64,000 bases of DNA from Gammaproteobacteria bacterium. GTDB lineage: Bacteria > Pseudomonadota > Gammaproteobacteria > Burkholderiales > SHXO01. The DNA lies in the NCBI GenBank assembly GCA_041488255.1, contig JBGPOV010000002.1:23509-87508 (forward strand). The letters run 5' to 3'. Each line of letters starts with the position of its first letter. The stretch's first letter is position 1. Shown here in pieces: positions 37,496 through 48,500 of the stretch. Made by a program: the position numbers and the translations under genes. Under the pieces are notes generated by a model. It searched no databases. It saw only the letters and a program-made list of their open reading frames with translations, and was not told the origin of the DNA.

Positions 37496-38032
37496 ATGAT
37501 CCAGATCAATGAGCAACTAGTCGCTCTCAACAAGTCGCAGCTGGAAGCGGCCTTGAGATTTGGCGAGATTACGTCCGACACCCTGGAGAAGCTGGCCGAT
37601 CTGCAGTTGAGGACGGCCAAAACGGCTTTTGCTGACGGTGTAAAGACGGCGAAGCAGCTCGGCGCAGTCAAGGACGCGAGCGAGTTCGCGGCCGTGGGCG
37701 GGGCTTTGTCCCAGCCCACCTGGGAGAAGGCCCAGGCCTACGCCAAAGGCGTGTACGAGGTAGCTGCAACGACGCAGGCCGAGATCTCGTCCCTGCTTGA
37801 ACACCAGCTGGGCGAGGTAAGCAGGAGCGTGCTGGGGGTGCTGGACGGGGCGCTAAAGAACGCGCCCGCCGGCTCCGAGGGAGCGGTGGCAGCGGTCAAG
37901 TCTGTTGTCCAGTCGGCTAGCGCAGCCTACGAATCGATGCTCAAGGCGACCAAGCAAATGGTGGCAATCGCCGAGTCGAACGCCGCAACCGCCGCCGCCC
38001 ACGTAGCTGCGCCCCGGAAGAAGGCGGCTTGA
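37496..38032 (+). CDS. phaP: Phasin (PHA-granule-associated protein)
   Basis: 178-aa alanine-rich helical protein. NKSQLEAALRFGEITSDTLEKLADLQLRTAKTAF is typical of the phasin family. SD AAAGGAG. Confidence 0.85.
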   Translation: MIQINEQLVALNKSQLEAALRFGEITSDTLEKLADLQLRTAKTAFADGVKTAKQLGAVKDASEFAAVGGALSQPTWEKAQAYAKGVYEVAATTQAEISSLLEHQLGEVSRSVLGVLDGALKNAPAGSEGAVAAVKSVVQSASAAYESMLKATKQMVAIAESNAATAAAHVAAPRKKAA

Positions 38033-38063
38033 AATCCTAGATCGAAAGGCCTTTGCCAACGAA

Positions 38064-38094
38064 AAGCGGCGTCGGGGTCATCCCGATGCCGCTT
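38064..38094 (+). terminator. Stem-loop terminator after phaP
   Basis: AAGCGGCGTCGGG-GTCAT-CCCGATGCCGCTT forms a 13-bp stem with one G-U pair, followed by a weak T tract (TTCGCTTC). Confidence 0.55.
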
Positions 38095-38165
38095 CGCTTC
38101 AGGTGGCGAACGAGACGATGGTGGTGAACGTACAGGTCAGCGGGCGCTGACTTACGGCGCCAGAT

Positions 38166-39209
38166 TCAGGGGCCCGGGACAACGAAGCCAGCCGGCAGCC
38201 GATAGTCTGGATAGTGGCTGCGGAAAGCGCGAAAGCTGGCCTTGGCATCCACGCTGCGCCCCGCGGTGCGCAGCTCGTCGATATGGACTAGCCAGGCCTG
38301 CGGATCCTTTTCCCAGGGGGAAGCCGTGGCCTCTGAGTTCAGGCCGGCGGGCAGCGTTTGCTTTTTGGCCAAAGCCTGCGCCCGCGCGCGCTCCTCCCCT
38401 GCAGGCTGGTACGCGCCGCGCTCTTCGTGCATGGGCCCCACCGGTGCCGCCTTCGAGGCCGGTGCTTCGCCGACCAGTGCCTCGTCCTGAGGCACGGCAC
38501 CCGGAACCGCCTGCTCTGCCCGCTCCTGTTCCCGCGCGAAATCCCGGAGCGTTCCCGCCCGGCTGGACGGCGGTGCCGGGCCCGTGGGTGCTGTTGCGGG
38601 AGACGGCGGTTGCGGCGTAGCAGACGCCGTTGGCGCCACGGGCGCCTGTGCGGGAGCCGGCAACTCTGCGGCGGGTCCTGCCTTTAGCGGGAACGGCTCC
38701 CGCCGAGTCTCCGCTGTCGAAACGGCGGCGGACCGATCGCCCCTCTCGAGGGGCGTGGCGGCGGGCGCTTCGGACGCGGCCGGGGTTCGCGCTGCTTCCA
38801 GCCGGGCCTTTGGTTCCGCTTTGGCCCCAACGGGCACGGCTTGGCTCTCGAGTGCATGCGGCGCAGGCTGCGCCTCGGCCTGGTTGCTAGCTTCTCCCGT
38901 CGCGGCGGCGGGCGCGGAGTGCTTTCCTGGGAACGGCAGACGCCCCTCGCGCTCGGCGACGATGACCGTGACAGTCGCGCTCACCACCACAACAGCGGCG
39001 ATGGACAGGGGAATGCGCCAGGACGCCATGAACGGAGAGCCGGCCAGGCGCGGGCGTGTCCTCGTCTGACGCCGGGCGGCGGCGCGGACGAGCTCGTCGA
39101 GCGCGACGGGCGGCTCGTCCTGCGACGCCGCGCTGTAGCGCCGCGTGAGTTCCGCTTCATCGGCGAAGAGTTGTTCCAACTCGTGGTCGTCGGGAGCGCT
39201 TCCGCTCAC
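38166..39209 (-). CDS. Anti-sigma factor, single-pass membrane, Pro/Ala-rich periplasmic region
   Basis: Overlaps the ECF sigma stop (ATGA-type coupling). TM helix IPLSIAAVVVVSATVTVIV. Confidence 0.7.
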   Translation of the reverse strand: MSGSAPDDHELEQLFADEAELTRRYSAASQDEPPVALDELVRAAARRQTRTRPRLAGSPFMASWRIPLSIAAVVVVSATVTVIVAEREGRLPFPGKHSAPAAATGEASNQAEAQPAPHALESQAVPVGAKAEPKARLEAARTPAASEAPAATPLERGDRSAAVSTAETRREPFPLKAGPAAELPAPAQAPVAPTASATPQPPSPATAPTGPAPPSSRAGTLRDFAREQERAEQAVPGAVPQDEALVGEAPASKAAPVGPMHEERGAYQPAGEERARAQALAKKQTLPAGLNSEATASPWEKDPQAWLVHIDELRTAGRSVDAKASFRAFRSHYPDYRLPAGFVVPGP

Positions 39210-39796
39210 AGATAATCCTTCATGCCTGCGCGCAACTTGGCCAGCGCATAGCGTAAGCGGCTCTTGACCGCCTCGCGATTGGACCCGGTAACCTCCACAA
39301 TCTCTTCCAGGCTCAATCCGCCCTCCTGATGCAGGAGGAAGGTCTCGCGCTGCGCGTCGGGCAGCGCCCCCACCAGCTCCAACAGCCGCGAGGCCTGCTC
39401 GCGCGACTGCGCGATGCGCTCGGGCTGGAGCGTGGCCGAGGCCTGCAGCTCGGGGGGATCATCCTCTTCTTGGTCCAAGGACACTAGCTGAAGCCCCTTG
39501 TGCCGACGGAAGTGATCGATCAGGCGATTGTGCGCCAGGGTGTATAGGTAGGTGGAAAATTTCGCCTGCACCCGGTAGCGGGCGCGCGTCTGCACCAGGT
39601 TCATCCAGATGTCCTGGAACAGCTCCTCCGCTGCGGCGCGGTTTGCGCACTGGCGCAGCAGGTAGCGGAAGACACCACCGCGGTGCCGAGCGTAGAGCGC
39701 ATCGAATGCGGCAGCGTCGCCGCCGCTGAAGCGCAGCATCAGTTCCTCGTCCGACGGCCTCGCGTCCATCGCCGCCGGAGTATACGCGAGGCGCAT
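39206..39796 (-). CDS. ECF-type RNA polymerase sigma-70 factor
   Basis: FDALYARHRGGVFRYL, LFQDIWMNLV (region 2), LSLEEIVEVTGSNREAVKSRLRYALAKLR (region 4). Confidence 0.92.
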   Translation of the reverse strand: MRLAYTPAAMDARPSDEELMLRFSGGDAAAFDALYARHRGGVFRYLLRQCANRAAAEELFQDIWMNLVQTRARYRVQAKFSTYLYTLAHNRLIDHFRRHKGLQLVSLDQEEDDPPELQASATLQPERIAQSREQASRLLELVGALPDAQRETFLLHQEGGLSLEEIVEVTGSNREAVKSRLRYALAKLRAGMKDYL

Positions 39797-39839
39797 ACCC
39801 TCGGCGGCACGGCGCCGAAAACCTTGAACCGCAGAAGTT

Positions 39840-40676
39840 TCACCAGCGCCCAGGCGGATCAGGCACGAAGCGCGCGGGAAAAGGATTCGGATCGCGCTGC
39901 TCCGAGCGGATTACGCCGCGGGCCACCAGGTTCGCGCGCGTGTCGTAGCGCAGTACGATGACCTCGTTGGGCGTGTCTGACTGGCGCTCGAAGCTCACGA
40001 GGCGCGCGTGCGAGGTCTGGCTGCGGCCATGCCCGGTGCCAATGCTCTTCTCGGCAACGGCCGGCGGCGCGGCTTGCGCCGCGCTCTCGGTGGAGGGCTC
40101 GGCGCCACCGCCGTTGGACCGTGACGGCGACTCGCCCCGCGCCGGGCCATCGTAGGACGCTTGCGGGCGGAGTCGATCATCGTCGGGAGCCTCCCTGCGC
40201 ACTTGCGGTTCTCCCAGCTCAGCTGGAGGCTGTGCCTTGCGCCGGAACACGGCCACGCCGATCACGCCGACCTCCTCTGGACGGCCGGTGCGCGTCGCGT
40301 AGGCATCGCTGTGATCGGTGAAATAGAAGGCGGCAACGTGCGCCAGGTTCTTGCGCCAGCCCTGGATGCTCACCGACTGCGAGGCCCCGACCACGTAGCC
40401 GCTCTGACTGGTGGACGCGGTCTGACCGGTGACCACGTTCACGCCATCTACGGACACCACGGCGAGCAGATCGCCGCCGGAGTTGTTGCGGATGTGGACC
40501 TCATACTCGTTGCCGGTCCGCCCGGCGACGTACCAGCTGCCGTCCGCGTGATACACCGGCAGTGTGGCGCCACTGGTGCGATCGTAGATGATCACGTCGG
40601 CAAGCGAGCCGACGGCCCGAGCCGGGCCCGCAGCGACGCACAACAACAGGCCGACAAGGATGCCTATGCGCTTCAT
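39840..40676 (-). CDS. Secreted hypothetical protein, first gene of the ECF sigma operon
   Basis: Signal peptide MKRIGILVGLLLCVAAGPARA. No family that I can name. Confidence 0.6.
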   Translation of the reverse strand: MKRIGILVGLLLCVAAGPARAVGSLADVIIYDRTSGATLPVYHADGSWYVAGRTGNEYEVHIRNNSGGDLLAVVSVDGVNVVTGQTASTSQSGYVVGASQSVSIQGWRKNLAHVAAFYFTDHSDAYATRTGRPEEVGVIGVAVFRRKAQPPAELGEPQVRREAPDDDRLRPQASYDGPARGESPSRSNGGGAEPSTESAAQAAPPAVAEKSIGTGHGRSQTSHARLVSFERQSDTPNEVIVLRYDTRANLVARGVIRSEQRDPNPFPARFVPDPPGRW

Positions 40677-40773
40677 GACGCTCTCCTGTGCAATTTAAGG
40701 GCATTGCAGAGGCTAGAAACGCAAGGACGGGGAGGAAGGGGTCAACGCGGCCAGGAAGCAGGGCGATGCCGAA

Positions 40774-40801
40774 ACGTGAAACGTAAGACGTGAACGGTGA
40801 A
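40774..40801. repeat. Four tandem heptamers (ACGTGAA-like)
   Basis: ACGTGAA ACGTAAG ACGTGAA CGGTGAA, ~100 nt upstream of the 39840-40676 operon. Confidence 0.6.
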
Positions 40802-40864
40802 ATGCCCCTCCAGCCCACTGCCACTCAACAGGCAGATGTCGGTAAGCGGTTGCATTCTCACCTC

Positions 40865-41635
40865 TCATCGGGGCATCGCTGGAGCGCGAACAGCGACGCC
40901 GAGCCGTGCGAGCAACGCGCGCAGTTCGCGGGCGAAGACCGTCGCGCCAGGCGCGTCGCCGTGGATGCAAATCGTGTCGGGCTCGATCCCCACCTCGCTG
41001 CCATCCAGGGCGCGCACCTTGCCCTCGCGCATCATTCGCTCCACCTGCGCCAGCGCCGCGGACAGGTCGTGAATCAGTGCGTTCGGTCGGCTGCGAGGGG
41101 TAAGCGCGCCGTCCCGCTGATAGGTGCGGTCGGCGAACACTTCGTTCACGACCTCTAATCCGGCACGCCGTCCCGCGCGCACCAACTCGCTGCCGGCCAG
41201 GCCGAACAAGACCAGCGCGGGGTCGAAGTCACGCACCGCGCAGGCAATCGCATCCGCCAACACCGCATCTTGGGCCGCCATGTTGTAAAGCGCGCCGTGC
41301 GCCTTGACGTGCGAGAGCCGACCGCCCAGCGCGCGGCAGAAGCCGGCGAGCGCTCCGACTTGGTACAGGACGAGATCGTAGGTCTCTTCAGGCGTAACCC
41401 GCATCGCACGCCGGCCGAAGCCCTGTAGGTCCTGTAGCGAAGGATGTGCGCCCACCGCCACACCGCGCTCTAGCGCGCCGGCGACCGTAGAGTGCATGAT
41501 CGTGGGATCGCCAGCGTGGAAGCCGCAGGCGATGTTGGCCGAGCTCACATACTGGAGCACCGCGGCGTCGGCACCCATGCTCCAGGCGCCGAAGCTCTCC
41601 CCCATATCGCAGTTGAGGTCGACCGTGGTCCTCAT
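40865..41635 (-). CDS. pxpA: 5-oxoprolinase subunit A (LamB/YcsF)
   Basis: DLNCDMGESFG, ANIACGFHAGDP, VKAHGALYN. Confidence 0.93.
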   Translation of the reverse strand: MRTTVDLNCDMGESFGAWSMGADAAVLQYVSSANIACGFHAGDPTIMHSTVAGALERGVAVGAHPSLQDLQGFGRRAMRVTPEETYDLVLYQVGALAGFCRALGGRLSHVKAHGALYNMAAQDAVLADAIACAVRDFDPALVLFGLAGSELVRAGRRAGLEVVNEVFADRTYQRDGALTPRSRPNALIHDLSAALAQVERMMREGKVRALDGSEVGIEPDTICIHGDAPGATVFARELRALLARLGVAVRAPAMPR

Positions 41636-42633
41636 TGTTTCACCCGCATCTGCAGCGCCTCGCGCATGATTCCCAGGTCGCGGTCGCGCTGGAGATACAG
41701 TCGCTGGCTCTCTTCGAGCGTTACGGGCTCGAAGTGTACCGTGTCGCCCGGCGGCAGCTGGGCCAGCAGCGGCAGGTCCACGGTTGCCACTTCCCCGATT
41801 CTCGGGTAACCGCCGGTGGTCTGCCGATTGGCCATGAGCACGATGGGGCGGCCGTCCGGCGGGACCTGGATGCTGCCAAAGGTGACCGCTTCGGAGAGGA
41901 TCTCCACCGGCTCCTTCAGCGACAGCAGGGGGCCCTCCAGACGATAGCCCATCCGGTCCGAGTCGGGCGCGACGCGATACTGCACGCCACCAAACTGCTG
42001 CTGGCTGTCTTCGGAGAGGAGCTCCCAGTGCCGCCCGGGAACGAAATGGATGCGGTGATGACCATGCGCCAGAAATGCGGAGTTGGCGTTAACCGACCAG
42101 CGCGGATATGCGAATCTCGCGCCGGCGTCGAGTTGTCTGCGCAGGCCCGGGTAAGAGTCGCGGCCGCCTTCACCGGTGGAAACGAGGTCGCCACGGCGCA
42201 GCGCACGCCCCTCGAAGCCGCCGAACCCGCCGCGCAGATAAGTGCTCTTGCTGCCCATCACCAGCGGCATCTCGAAGCCTCCGGCCACCGCCAGGTAGGC
42301 GCGACAGCCCAGACGGCAGGTGCCGAAATCGACCACGCTGCCTCGGCTCAGCAGCACCGGGCGCGCCGCCGGTACGCTCTTTCCATCTATGGTGGGCGCG
42401 AAGTCGCCCCCGCAGATGCCGATCAGCGTGTCCTGGGTGAACTCGAGGCGCGGACCGGCCAGCGTGATCTCGAGCGTGGCCTCGTGCTCGGGGTTGCCGA
42501 CCAGGAGGTTGGCCAACCGATGCGAATATTCGTCCATCACGCCGCCCACCGGCACGCCGAAGCGCTGATAGCCGTAACGCCCCAGATCCTGCACGGTGGA
42601 TAGGATGCCCGCGCGATGGACTTTCAGCGCCAT
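41632..42633 (-). CDS. pxpC: 5-oxoprolinase subunit C (KipA / allophanate hydrolase subunit 2)
   Basis: MALKVHRAGILSTVQDLGRYGYQRFGVPVGGVMD. Track ORF trimmed to the ATG at 42633. Confidence 0.9.
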   Translation of the reverse strand: MALKVHRAGILSTVQDLGRYGYQRFGVPVGGVMDEYSHRLANLLVGNPEHEATLEITLAGPRLEFTQDTLIGICGGDFAPTIDGKSVPAARPVLLSRGSVVDFGTCRLGCRAYLAVAGGFEMPLVMGSKSTYLRGGFGGFEGRALRRGDLVSTGEGGRDSYPGLRRQLDAGARFAYPRWSVNANSAFLAHGHHRIHFVPGRHWELLSEDSQQQFGGVQYRVAPDSDRMGYRLEGPLLSLKEPVEILSEAVTFGSIQVPPDGRPIVLMANRQTTGGYPRIGEVATVDLPLLAQLPPGDTVHFEPVTLEESQRLYLQRDRDLGIMREALQMRVKQ

Positions 42634-43358
42634 CGCGCGTCCCGGTGAAGCTGCGCATACTCCTGCGCGTTGATGGGCAAAAAGCGCACGCGGTCGCCCG
42701 CAATCAGCAGGCTGGGGCGCTCGGATCCAGGATCGAAGAAGATCGCCGGCGAGCGCCCGATCAGATGCCATCCACCCGGCAAGTCGAGCGGATACACTGC
42801 GGTGAGCTGGCCGCCGATGCCCACGCTGCCGGCCGGTACGCGCGTGCGCGGGGTCGCCTTGCGCGGCGTCGCGATGCGCGCATCGAGCCCGGCTAGGTAC
42901 GCGAAGCCGGGGGCGAAGCCGAGCATCTGCACGCGGTACACCGCTGCGCTGTGCAGCGCGATCACTTCGTCGCCGGTCAGGCCGTGAGTCCGCGCCACCG
43001 CCTCCAGGTCCTCGCCGAACTCACCGCCGTAGCACACCGGGATCTCGTACTCGCCCGCCGGCGGCGCCGCTGCGGGATCGACTGAGATAAGCCGTTGCGT
43101 CACCTGCTGCGCCAGGGCTTCGAACGGCGTCTTAGCTTCGGGCATCGGCTCGATCTTGAGCGGATCATAGTGCAGCGCCACCGTGCATACGGCCCCCACC
43201 ACATCACGGACGCCCATCAGCGGATGCCCAAGCAGGTGCTCGGCCACTGCGTGCACGCGCAGCGCCGTTTCCTCCGACGCGTCGGTGCCCAGCTCGACGA
43301 GGAGCACGCAATCGCCGAGCGGCGAGAGCCGGGGTCGGCCGAGCTTCGCTTCAGCCAT
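42624..43358 (-). CDS. pxpB: 5-oxoprolinase subunit B (KipI / allophanate hydrolase subunit 1)
   Basis: PLGDCVLLVELG, IPVCYGGEFGEDL, MLGFAPGFAYL. Confidence 0.9.
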   Translation of the reverse strand: MAEAKLGRPRLSPLGDCVLLVELGTDASEETALRVHAVAEHLLGHPLMGVRDVVGAVCTVALHYDPLKIEPMPEAKTPFEALAQQVTQRLISVDPAAAPPAGEYEIPVCYGGEFGEDLEAVARTHGLTGDEVIALHSAAVYRVQMLGFAPGFAYLAGLDARIATPRKATPRTRVPAGSVGIGGQLTAVYPLDLPGGWHLIGRSPAIFFDPGSERPSLLIAGDRVRFLPINAQEYAQLHRDARWR

Positions 43359-43585
43359 CGATCGATCTGCAAGCTAAAAATGGCAACATCTTGGGTTCAG
43401 GGCTGCTGGTGCCGGCCGCGGCACCCAGTACGACGCGATTGTAGACAGTCCCCCGGAAAGGCCCAAAGAAAAAGAGCGGGCCGCCGAAGGGAGGGCTCGG
43501 TCGGCGCGGTCCGCTGGGCCTGCCGCCAACGCCCCCGGGCCAGGAGAATCGACGTAAGCTATACGCGACTGCGGGCTCTGGGAGT

Positions 43586-44092
43586 GTGTCCGCCATGATC
43601 CGATCCTGCACCGACCACGACCTGCTCGACATATACACCGTCATCAACGACGCCGCGCACGCCTATCGCGGGGTGATACCGTCAGACCGTTGGAAGGACC
43701 CTTATATGCCTGTCGACGAGCTGCGCAGAGAGATCGTTGCCGGCGTGCGTTTCTGGGGCTACCAGCTCGGCAACCAACTGATCGGCGTCATGGGCCTGCA
43801 AGAGGTGCTGGACGCGGCGCTGATTCGACACGCCTACGTGTGCACGGCCTATCGCAACCAGGGCATCGGCGGCCAACTCTTGGCCGAATTGCGAGCCCAG
43901 ACTCAGCGTCCGCTCCTGGTCGGCACCTGGGCCGCAGCGCGCTGGGCAATCCGGTTCTACGAGAAGCACGGATTTCGCCTCGTCTCCGAACGTGCCAAGA
44001 AACGCCTGCTGAGCAAATATTGGTCCGTCTCCGGCCCGCAGGTGGAGGCGTCGGTGGTGCTGGCCGAGTCCTCCCCAGCGCGCCGGAGGTGA
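43586..44092 (+). CDS. GNAT-family N-acetyltransferase
   Basis: AYRNQGIGGQLLAEL ... RFYEKHGFR. Confidence 0.88.
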   Translation: MSAMIRSCTDHDLLDIYTVINDAAHAYRGVIPSDRWKDPYMPVDELRREIVAGVRFWGYQLGNQLIGVMGLQEVLDAALIRHAYVCTAYRNQGIGGQLLAELRAQTQRPLLVGTWAAARWAIRFYEKHGFRLVSERAKKRLLSKYWSVSGPQVEASVVLAESSPARRR

Positions 44093-44131
44093 GCCGAGGC
44101 GCGATCGAGGGCCGCTGCAACACAGGGCCCG

Positions 44132-44512
44132 CTACTTGGACAGCTGCGCCAGGGTTGCGGCGCTCGCCTCCCAGTTCTGACCATCGAAAGGCAGCACCTT
44201 GACCGATCGGACGTTGCTGCGATCCAGACAGCGCAGGTTGACGCTGAACCCATCCGGATTCGAACGCGGCACGTAGAAGGGCTCGATGCCGCACACCTTG
44301 CAGAACATGTGCTGGGCGATACGGGTGTTGAAGGTATAGGTGGTGAGCGCCTCCCGCCCCCGCACCAGGCGGAATCGGCTCGCGGGGACGATGAGATGCA
44401 GGAAACCGCTGCGCCCGCACATCGAGCAGTTGCATTCGTAGACTTCGAGGTCCTCGGGTGCCTCCACCTCGATCGCGACGGTCCCGCAATGACAGCTTCC
44501 CGTATGGATCAA
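44132..44512 (-). CDS. GFA/CENP-V family zinc protein
   Basis: GSCHCGTVAIEV, YECNCSMC, HMFCKVCG. Confidence 0.9.
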   Translation of the reverse strand: MIHTGSCHCGTVAIEVEAPEDLEVYECNCSMCGRSGFLHLIVPASRFRLVRGREALTTYTFNTRIAQHMFCKVCGIEPFYVPRSNPDGFSVNLRCLDRSNVRSVKVLPFDGQNWEASAATLAQLSK

Positions 44513-44600
44513 CGTCTGCTCCTCATCGGCATAGGGGGCTTGCGAGCGGGCTGCAGCGGCACCGGGCGCCGGGCTTGCTGCTTTACCCAGTCGACCAAAG

Positions 44601-44891
44601 TCAATGGCAGGCGTCCTCGGGCGTGCTCAGCCGACATTCCACCTTGGTGCGTTCGGCATCGGTGGCGCACAGATAAAGCTTGTCTTTGCATTCCGCGCAC
44701 CAGGCTGTCGTCACTCCCCGGCGCGAGAACTCGCTGTCGACGATCTTCACATCCTTGGTTGGGCAGGGCGTGGCCCTGGAGGTCAACCGTTCAGGGCTGG
44801 AGCATGCGATGGTCAGCAGGCTGGCGCAGACGAGAATAGGCGCGATCGGCAGATGGGTACAAATTGCTTTGAATGCCGCGGAGTCGGACAC
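44601..44891 (-). CDS. Small Cys-rich secreted protein or lipoprotein
   Basis: Hydrophobic N-terminus ending LLTIAC (relaxed lipobox). Several further Cys residues. Confidence 0.5.
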   Translation of the reverse strand: MSDSAAFKAICTHLPIAPILVCASLLTIACSSPERLTSRATPCPTKDVKIVDSEFSRRGVTTAWCAECKDKLYLCATDAERTKVECRLSTPEDACH

Positions 44892-44927
44892 GGGTTCTCT
44901 AGCCAGCGCACCGGTTACGCCGATGCT

Positions 44928-45356
44928 CTAACTGTGAATGTAGTGCTCCAACTGCTCGATGACAAACCGCTGCTCGGAGATGACCTCCTTGACCACATCG
45001 CCGATGGAAATGACGCCGATCACTCGGTTGTCCTGCAGCACGGGAAGGTGCCGGATGCGCTTGTCGGTCATGAGCGCCATGCAGTCCTCGACGCTCTGGT
45101 CGGGGCGCACGCACACGACCTTTTGGGTCATGATCTCGCGCACCGGCGTATCCTTCGAGGCCTTACCATGAAGGATCACTTTGCGTGCGTAATCGCGCTC
45201 GGAGAAGATCCCGGCCAGACGCTCGCCCTCGAGCACCACCAGGGCGCCGACCTCTTTCTCGGCCATGAGCGTGAGCGCATCGAGCACGGAGGCCTCAGGC
45301 GAGATGGACAGCACGCTCTGGGATTTGCCTTGCAGGATTTCCTTGATCGTCTTCAT
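44928..45356 (-). CDS. CBS-domain pair protein
   Basis: Two CBS repeats (VGALVVLEGERLAGIFSERD; IRHLPVLQDNRVIGVISIGD). Start at the ATG at 45356 behind GAAGGAGGGGG. Confidence 0.9.
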   Translation of the reverse strand: MKTIKEILQGKSQSVLSISPEASVLDALTLMAEKEVGALVVLEGERLAGIFSERDYARKVILHGKASKDTPVREIMTQKVVCVRPDQSVEDCMALMTDKRIRHLPVLQDNRVIGVISIGDVVKEVISEQRFVIEQLEHYIHS

Positions 45357-45546
45357 GGCGCCCCCTCCTTCGCTGTGCACGTGTACACGCCCTCCGGGTG
45401 TACACGCCCTCCGGTGACGATTTAGTTTAGCAGCTTAGCGGGAAATGGGAATACGCGAGCCCGTTCTGAGCCCGACCGAGCCCCGGGGAAAGCCGGATCG
45501 GCTGCCAGGGTCTAGCCAGTGGCCATGAGCTAGAGGTGAGCGCGTC

Positions 45547-48500
45547 TCACCCGAACTCGCTCCAAGTCTTCGCCAACCGCTTGAACGACACCGGATACGG
45601 CGTTTTGAGCTGCTGCGCCCACAACGATACCCGCAGTTCCTCGAGCATCCAGCGAAATTCTTCCAGCTTAGGGTCGTGGACGCCACGCTGCTTGTCGGCG
45701 GCAAGGCGCCCTTGATACGCTTGCCACCAGCTTTGCAGCTGCTGCTGCCAGTCGGCGTCCTTGCCCGGGTTGATAGAGAACTTGTCCAGGCGGAACTGGA
45801 TGGTCTTGAGGTATCGGGGGTAATCCCTGAGCCGGGCCAGCGGCACCGAGACGATGAATCCGGGTCGCAGCAGCTCCCTGAGCTGGTTGCGGATGTCGGT
45901 CATGGCCCGCTGCCAGACGGGCACGCCGTGCTGGTTCAACCTCGGGCGCAACGCTTGGTACTCGGTCACGACCTCTCCCATCACGCGGCACACTTCCTGC
46001 GCTACGTCGGTAAGCCGCGTCTTCGCTTTATTCACGCGCTGGTCGAAGGCGGCGCGGGTGCGCAACCGATCCCGCTCCACGAACAAGGCGCGGTCGCAGA
46101 TTGCATCTATCAGTTCCTCGCGCAGACGGTCCGATACCGCACCCTTGTCGGCCTTGCTGCCTTCTAGCTCGAGCAACAGGGCGTAGCGCAAGGCGATGTC
46201 CTGGAACCCCGGCAGATTGCGCGCCACGAACTTGACCTGGTCCGGTGCCGCCAGCTGGAACAGGCGGCGCAGCGCCCGTAGCGTCGCCGCCTCGGCGTCG
46301 TGCTCGGTATCGAGCAGGGTCAGCCGCACCGACTTGCCTTCGTCCACCAGTGCCGGATAGCCGATCAGCTTCTGCCCGCCGCGCGTGAACTCGACCTGCT
46401 CGGGCAGCTCTTCGATGTCGAAGCTCAGCAGACCCTTGCGCTCGAACTGATCGGCTGCGCTCTCGCTGAACTGGCGGCGGGCCTTGACTCCGAGCCGCGC
46501 ACGCAGCTCAGCGATGTCGCGTCCCATCGCTAGCTCCTCGCCCCGCTCGTCCAGTACTGTGAAATTCATGAGCAGAAACGGCGGCAGATCGGTGACAGCC
46601 CACGCGTCCTGCGCAACCTCGACGCCTGAGACGCGCAGCAGCGCTTCGGACAGCGCAGTCGTCAGCGGCTTAGACCCCGGCTCGAGGTGTTCCATCGCCG
46701 AGCTCACCACCTGCGGCACGGGCACGAAATGCCTGCGCAAATTCTTGGGCAGCTCGCGGATCAGATGCGTAACCTTCTCCCTCAGCAAACCCGCTACCAG
46801 CCATTCGCAGCGCCGCTCGTCCACCTGGTTGAGCAGGTGCAGCGGCACCGTCATGGTCACGCCGTCCAGCGCGTGGCCGGGTTCGAAGCGGTAGCGCAGC
46901 GCATAGGACACACCGTTCAGCTCGAGCGTCTCGGGGAAGCGTTCCTGCGTGATCTCTTCGGCTGCGTGGCGCATCAGGTGCTCGCGCGCGAGGAACAGCA
47001 ACCGCGGGTTCTCGCGCTCGGCCTCGCGCCGCCAGCGCTCGAATTGCTGGCCGCTCGCTAAGTCTTGCGGCACACGCTGGTCGTAGAAGCCGAAGATACG
47101 GGACTCGTCTACCAGTATGTCGTGGCGGCGGGACTTGTGCTCCAACTCCTCGACCTGTTGCACCAGGCGTTGGTTGTAGCGCAGGAAATCAGCCTTGGTC
47201 TCGAGCTGTCCGTGCACCAGGCCTTCGCGGATGAAGATCTCGCGCGCCGCCTTCGGGTCGATCGGTCCGAACGCCATCTTCCTGTGCGGTACCACCACGA
47301 GCCCGTACACGGTGACGCGCTCATAGGCCATGGCCTGTGCCGGCGCCTTCTCCCAGTGCGGGTCGTGGTAGGTTTTCTTCGCCAGGTGAGCGCCGATGCG
47401 TTCGAGCCAGGCCGGGTCGATCGGCGCCACGTTCCGCGCATACAGCTTGGTGGTTTCGGTCAGTTCCGCCGCCATCAGCCAGGGTGACCCTTTTTTGCGC
47501 AGCGGTGAGCCGGGGAAAACGGCGAACTTGATGCCGCGCGCGCCGAGATATACGCCGGGCTCATCTGACTTGGAGCCGATGTTGCCGAGCAGCCCGGCGA
47601 GCAGCGCGCGATGGATCGAGTCGGGGCCGGCCGGCGTGTCGTTAGGATGCCAGCCCATCTCCGACACCAGAGCTCGCAGCTGGCCGTGCAGATCGCGCCA
47701 CTCGCGCAGCCGCACGTACGACAGAAAGTTCTCGCGGCAAGCCTGGGCCAGCTTGCGGTTGGACTTCTTGTGCTTGACCACGTCGTCAAAGAAGGCCCAC
47801 AGCTTGAGCCGTCCCAAGAATTCGGAGCGTTCGTCCTGCAGTTGCGCGTGAGCACCATCGGCCAGGTCCTGCTTGTCCATCGGGCGCTCGCGTGGGTCCT
47901 GGATAGCGAGCCCGCTGGCGATGATGAGAATCTCAGCCAGGCAGCCTTCCTCACGCGCGGCGACGATCATGCGCGCCACCCGCGGATCGACCGGGAGCTT
48001 GGCGAGCTGGGCGCCGATGGGCGTGAGCCTGCGCTGCTGGTCCACCGCGTTGAGCTCCGCCAGCAGCTGGTACCCGTCGGCGATGGCGCGCGCGGACGGT
48101 GGGTCTACAAAAGGGAAGTCCTCCACCTCGCCGAGCTGGAGCGCCTTCATGCGCAGGATCACCGACGCAAGCGAGGAGCGCAGTATCTCGGGATCGGCGA
48201 ACTCGGGACGCGACCGGTAGTCGTCCTCGCTGTACAGACGCAGGCATATGCCGCTGCTCACGCGCCCGCAGCGTCCTGCACGCTGGTCGGCCGAGGCGCG
48301 CGAGATCGGCTCCACCTGCAGCATCTCGACCTTGTTGCGGTAGCTGTAGCGGTTGACCCGAGCTAGTCCCGAGTCGATGACGTACTTGATGCCGGGCACG
48401 GTAAGCGAGGTCTCGGCGACGTTGGTGGCGAGCACGATCCGCCGACCTGCGCTGCGCTGGAAGACCTGCTCCTGCTCTTGTGCGGAGAGCCTTGCGAAGA

